Source: Phaeosaccion multiseriatum | Taxonomy: Eukaryota; Protista; Ochrophyta, other classes | Assembly (NCBI GenBank): GCA_965112735.1 | Contig: OZ218964.1 | Location: forward strand, 682,001 to 746,000 | DNA length: 64,000 nt | Direction of reading: 5' to 3' | Part shown: positions 62,901 to 64,000 of the stretch, one piece after another | How positions within the stretch are numbered: position 1 is the stretch's first letter | How the letters are laid out: the number at the start of each line of letters is the position of its first letter | Position numbers and translations under genes: made by a program | Notes under the pieces: generated by a model | Database searches by the model: none | Seen by the model: only the letters and a program-made list of their open reading frames with translations | Told to the model about the DNA's origin: nothing

Positions 62901-63665
62901 GAGAGTAGAGGGGGAAGCGCTGCCTCTGCCACTGCTACTGTCTCCTGTCCTACCGCTGGACGATGACGAGGGCCGTCGACGCCGCCTTGAGCTAGAGATA
63001 GGAGATCGGTGGGAGGCGATGAATCTATCAACGCCAGAGATGGGCGGGGGGAGTATCCCACTGCTTTTGTGGCTGCTGCTGCTCGTGGGTACCCCGCTGG
63101 CCCCCGCTGCAGCTCTGGCTACTCTTGCGCCCCCCTTGTCGGCAGCAACAGTCATCAAGGCGTCCAGCAGAGCTTGCCGTCCCTGCTGGGACTTGGGGAT
63201 CATCAAGGCGTCTAGCAGGGAGGTTGCCTGCTGGAGGGAGGGCACGGGGCTAAAGTATCTGTCCCCCACGCTCCTCCAGTCCAGCTGCAATGCCCTCTTG
63301 CCCCCCTCGTGCTGAGGGGCGTCTTCTTCTCGGAACAGCGCCATCACCGTCACGTCCTCAGCAGTAGCACCATTGCTGCCACCATTCCTACTCCTCTTAC
63401 CCTTCTTACTGAGTCCACTGCCGTGGCTGCTGCTGCCGCTGGCAGAAGCGTTGTTGCTCCCGAAGCTGCCGCTGGATGAAGTCGACCGCTGCTTCTTCCC
63501 TTTCCCCTTGCTCTTCCCCTTACACTTCCCTTTTCTCCTCGTCACGTGCTGCTGGTGATGGGAGCCACGACCTCCAGCCTCCACATCGCTGAAGGCCTCC
63601 ATCCCGCTGCCGCCAGCCAAGGCGCTTGGGGGGAGGGCAGAAGGGCACCTGCCAGGGCTGCCCAT
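56536..63665 (-). CDS. PHD-finger chromatin reader with two PZP (PHD - Zn knuckle - ePHD) modules, JADE/BRPF/Nto1/Snt2-like (~2200 aa)
   Basis: Exons (minus): 63665-57616 (6-kb exon), 57327-57228, 56994-56536; second intron GC-AG; 3' end tentative. PHD CYVCGGGE...IVFCERCDVAVHQSCYGL...WFCNPC; CVLCPGYGGAF..WCHVIC; CVFC..QCNECCACFHVTC..LCPRH. Second set: CDVC..KCAGCSVFVHWICY..LCDVC, CCLCP..WAHGIC, CCLC..CSVDGCGIYMHVTC..FCLLH. Confidence 0.85.
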
Positions 63666-64000
63666 CTCTCTCCTCCAAACTCGGCTGTTACGGCACACCA
63701 GCCCACGCAGCAGTACCCATGGGAGCTCCTGAGTTGGTCCTGCCTTCCTCTCCCACCATGAGCTGCAGGTTCCTGCTATTGCGGCGGCTCCTCTTACAAA
63801 TATAAAGCACGGGCAAGGGAGCTGCGGCCCGGACCCGGGGGGGCCTACCCCCTTGTTGCTTTCCTGCTCCAAAACCTCGCTTTGCTTTGCTTTGCCTCTT
63901 TCATAGCAGTGTTATTGTAATCAGTGGGGTGGGTGGGAGGAGCCGGGTGGCAGGTAGGACGGCAGCGCAGCAGCGGGGCAGCGTAGCATATAAATTTTTT

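Overview
Eukaryotic nuclear DNA: GC-rich, gene-dense, with GT-AG introns packed with microsatellites. It is most likely a photosynthetic stramenopile (ochrophyte). This is inferred from signal peptide plus 'A/G-F' bipartite plastid presequences; a TTLL9-like gene suggests a flagellated stage. I assembled 11 protein-coding genes by hand, with reading-frame-consistent exon chains. They are: a UvrD/PcrA helicase (3'-truncated), a DUF2993/LmeA-like protein, an ISWI remodeler with extra HMG and winged-helix domains, a phosphate-carrier-like SLC25 protein with a plastid plus twin-arginine-like presequence, AMP deaminase, TTLL9-like polyglutamylase, a Spinster-like MFS transporter, VMA12/TMEM199, a secreted Fn3-associated/beta-repeat protein, an Mx-like dynamin with a UBA tail, and a double-PZP PHD protein. 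Mobile DNA comprises two MITE families, one of them inserted into a fold-back element, and a gag-like zinc-knuckle remnant with a ~105-bp-arm hairpin. The most unusual signals are: (i) a tiny dispersed motif CAGCAG-TTGGTGATA-CAGCAG, with 13 exact 10-mer cores plus degenerate copies in exons (different frames and strands), introns and intergenic DNA; (ii) introns whose 3' ends duplicate the upstream exon end; (iii) unusual domain architectures of the dynamin, ISWI and carrier. No rRNA, tRNA or CRISPR was recognised. All calls rest on motif recognition only; no database searches were run.
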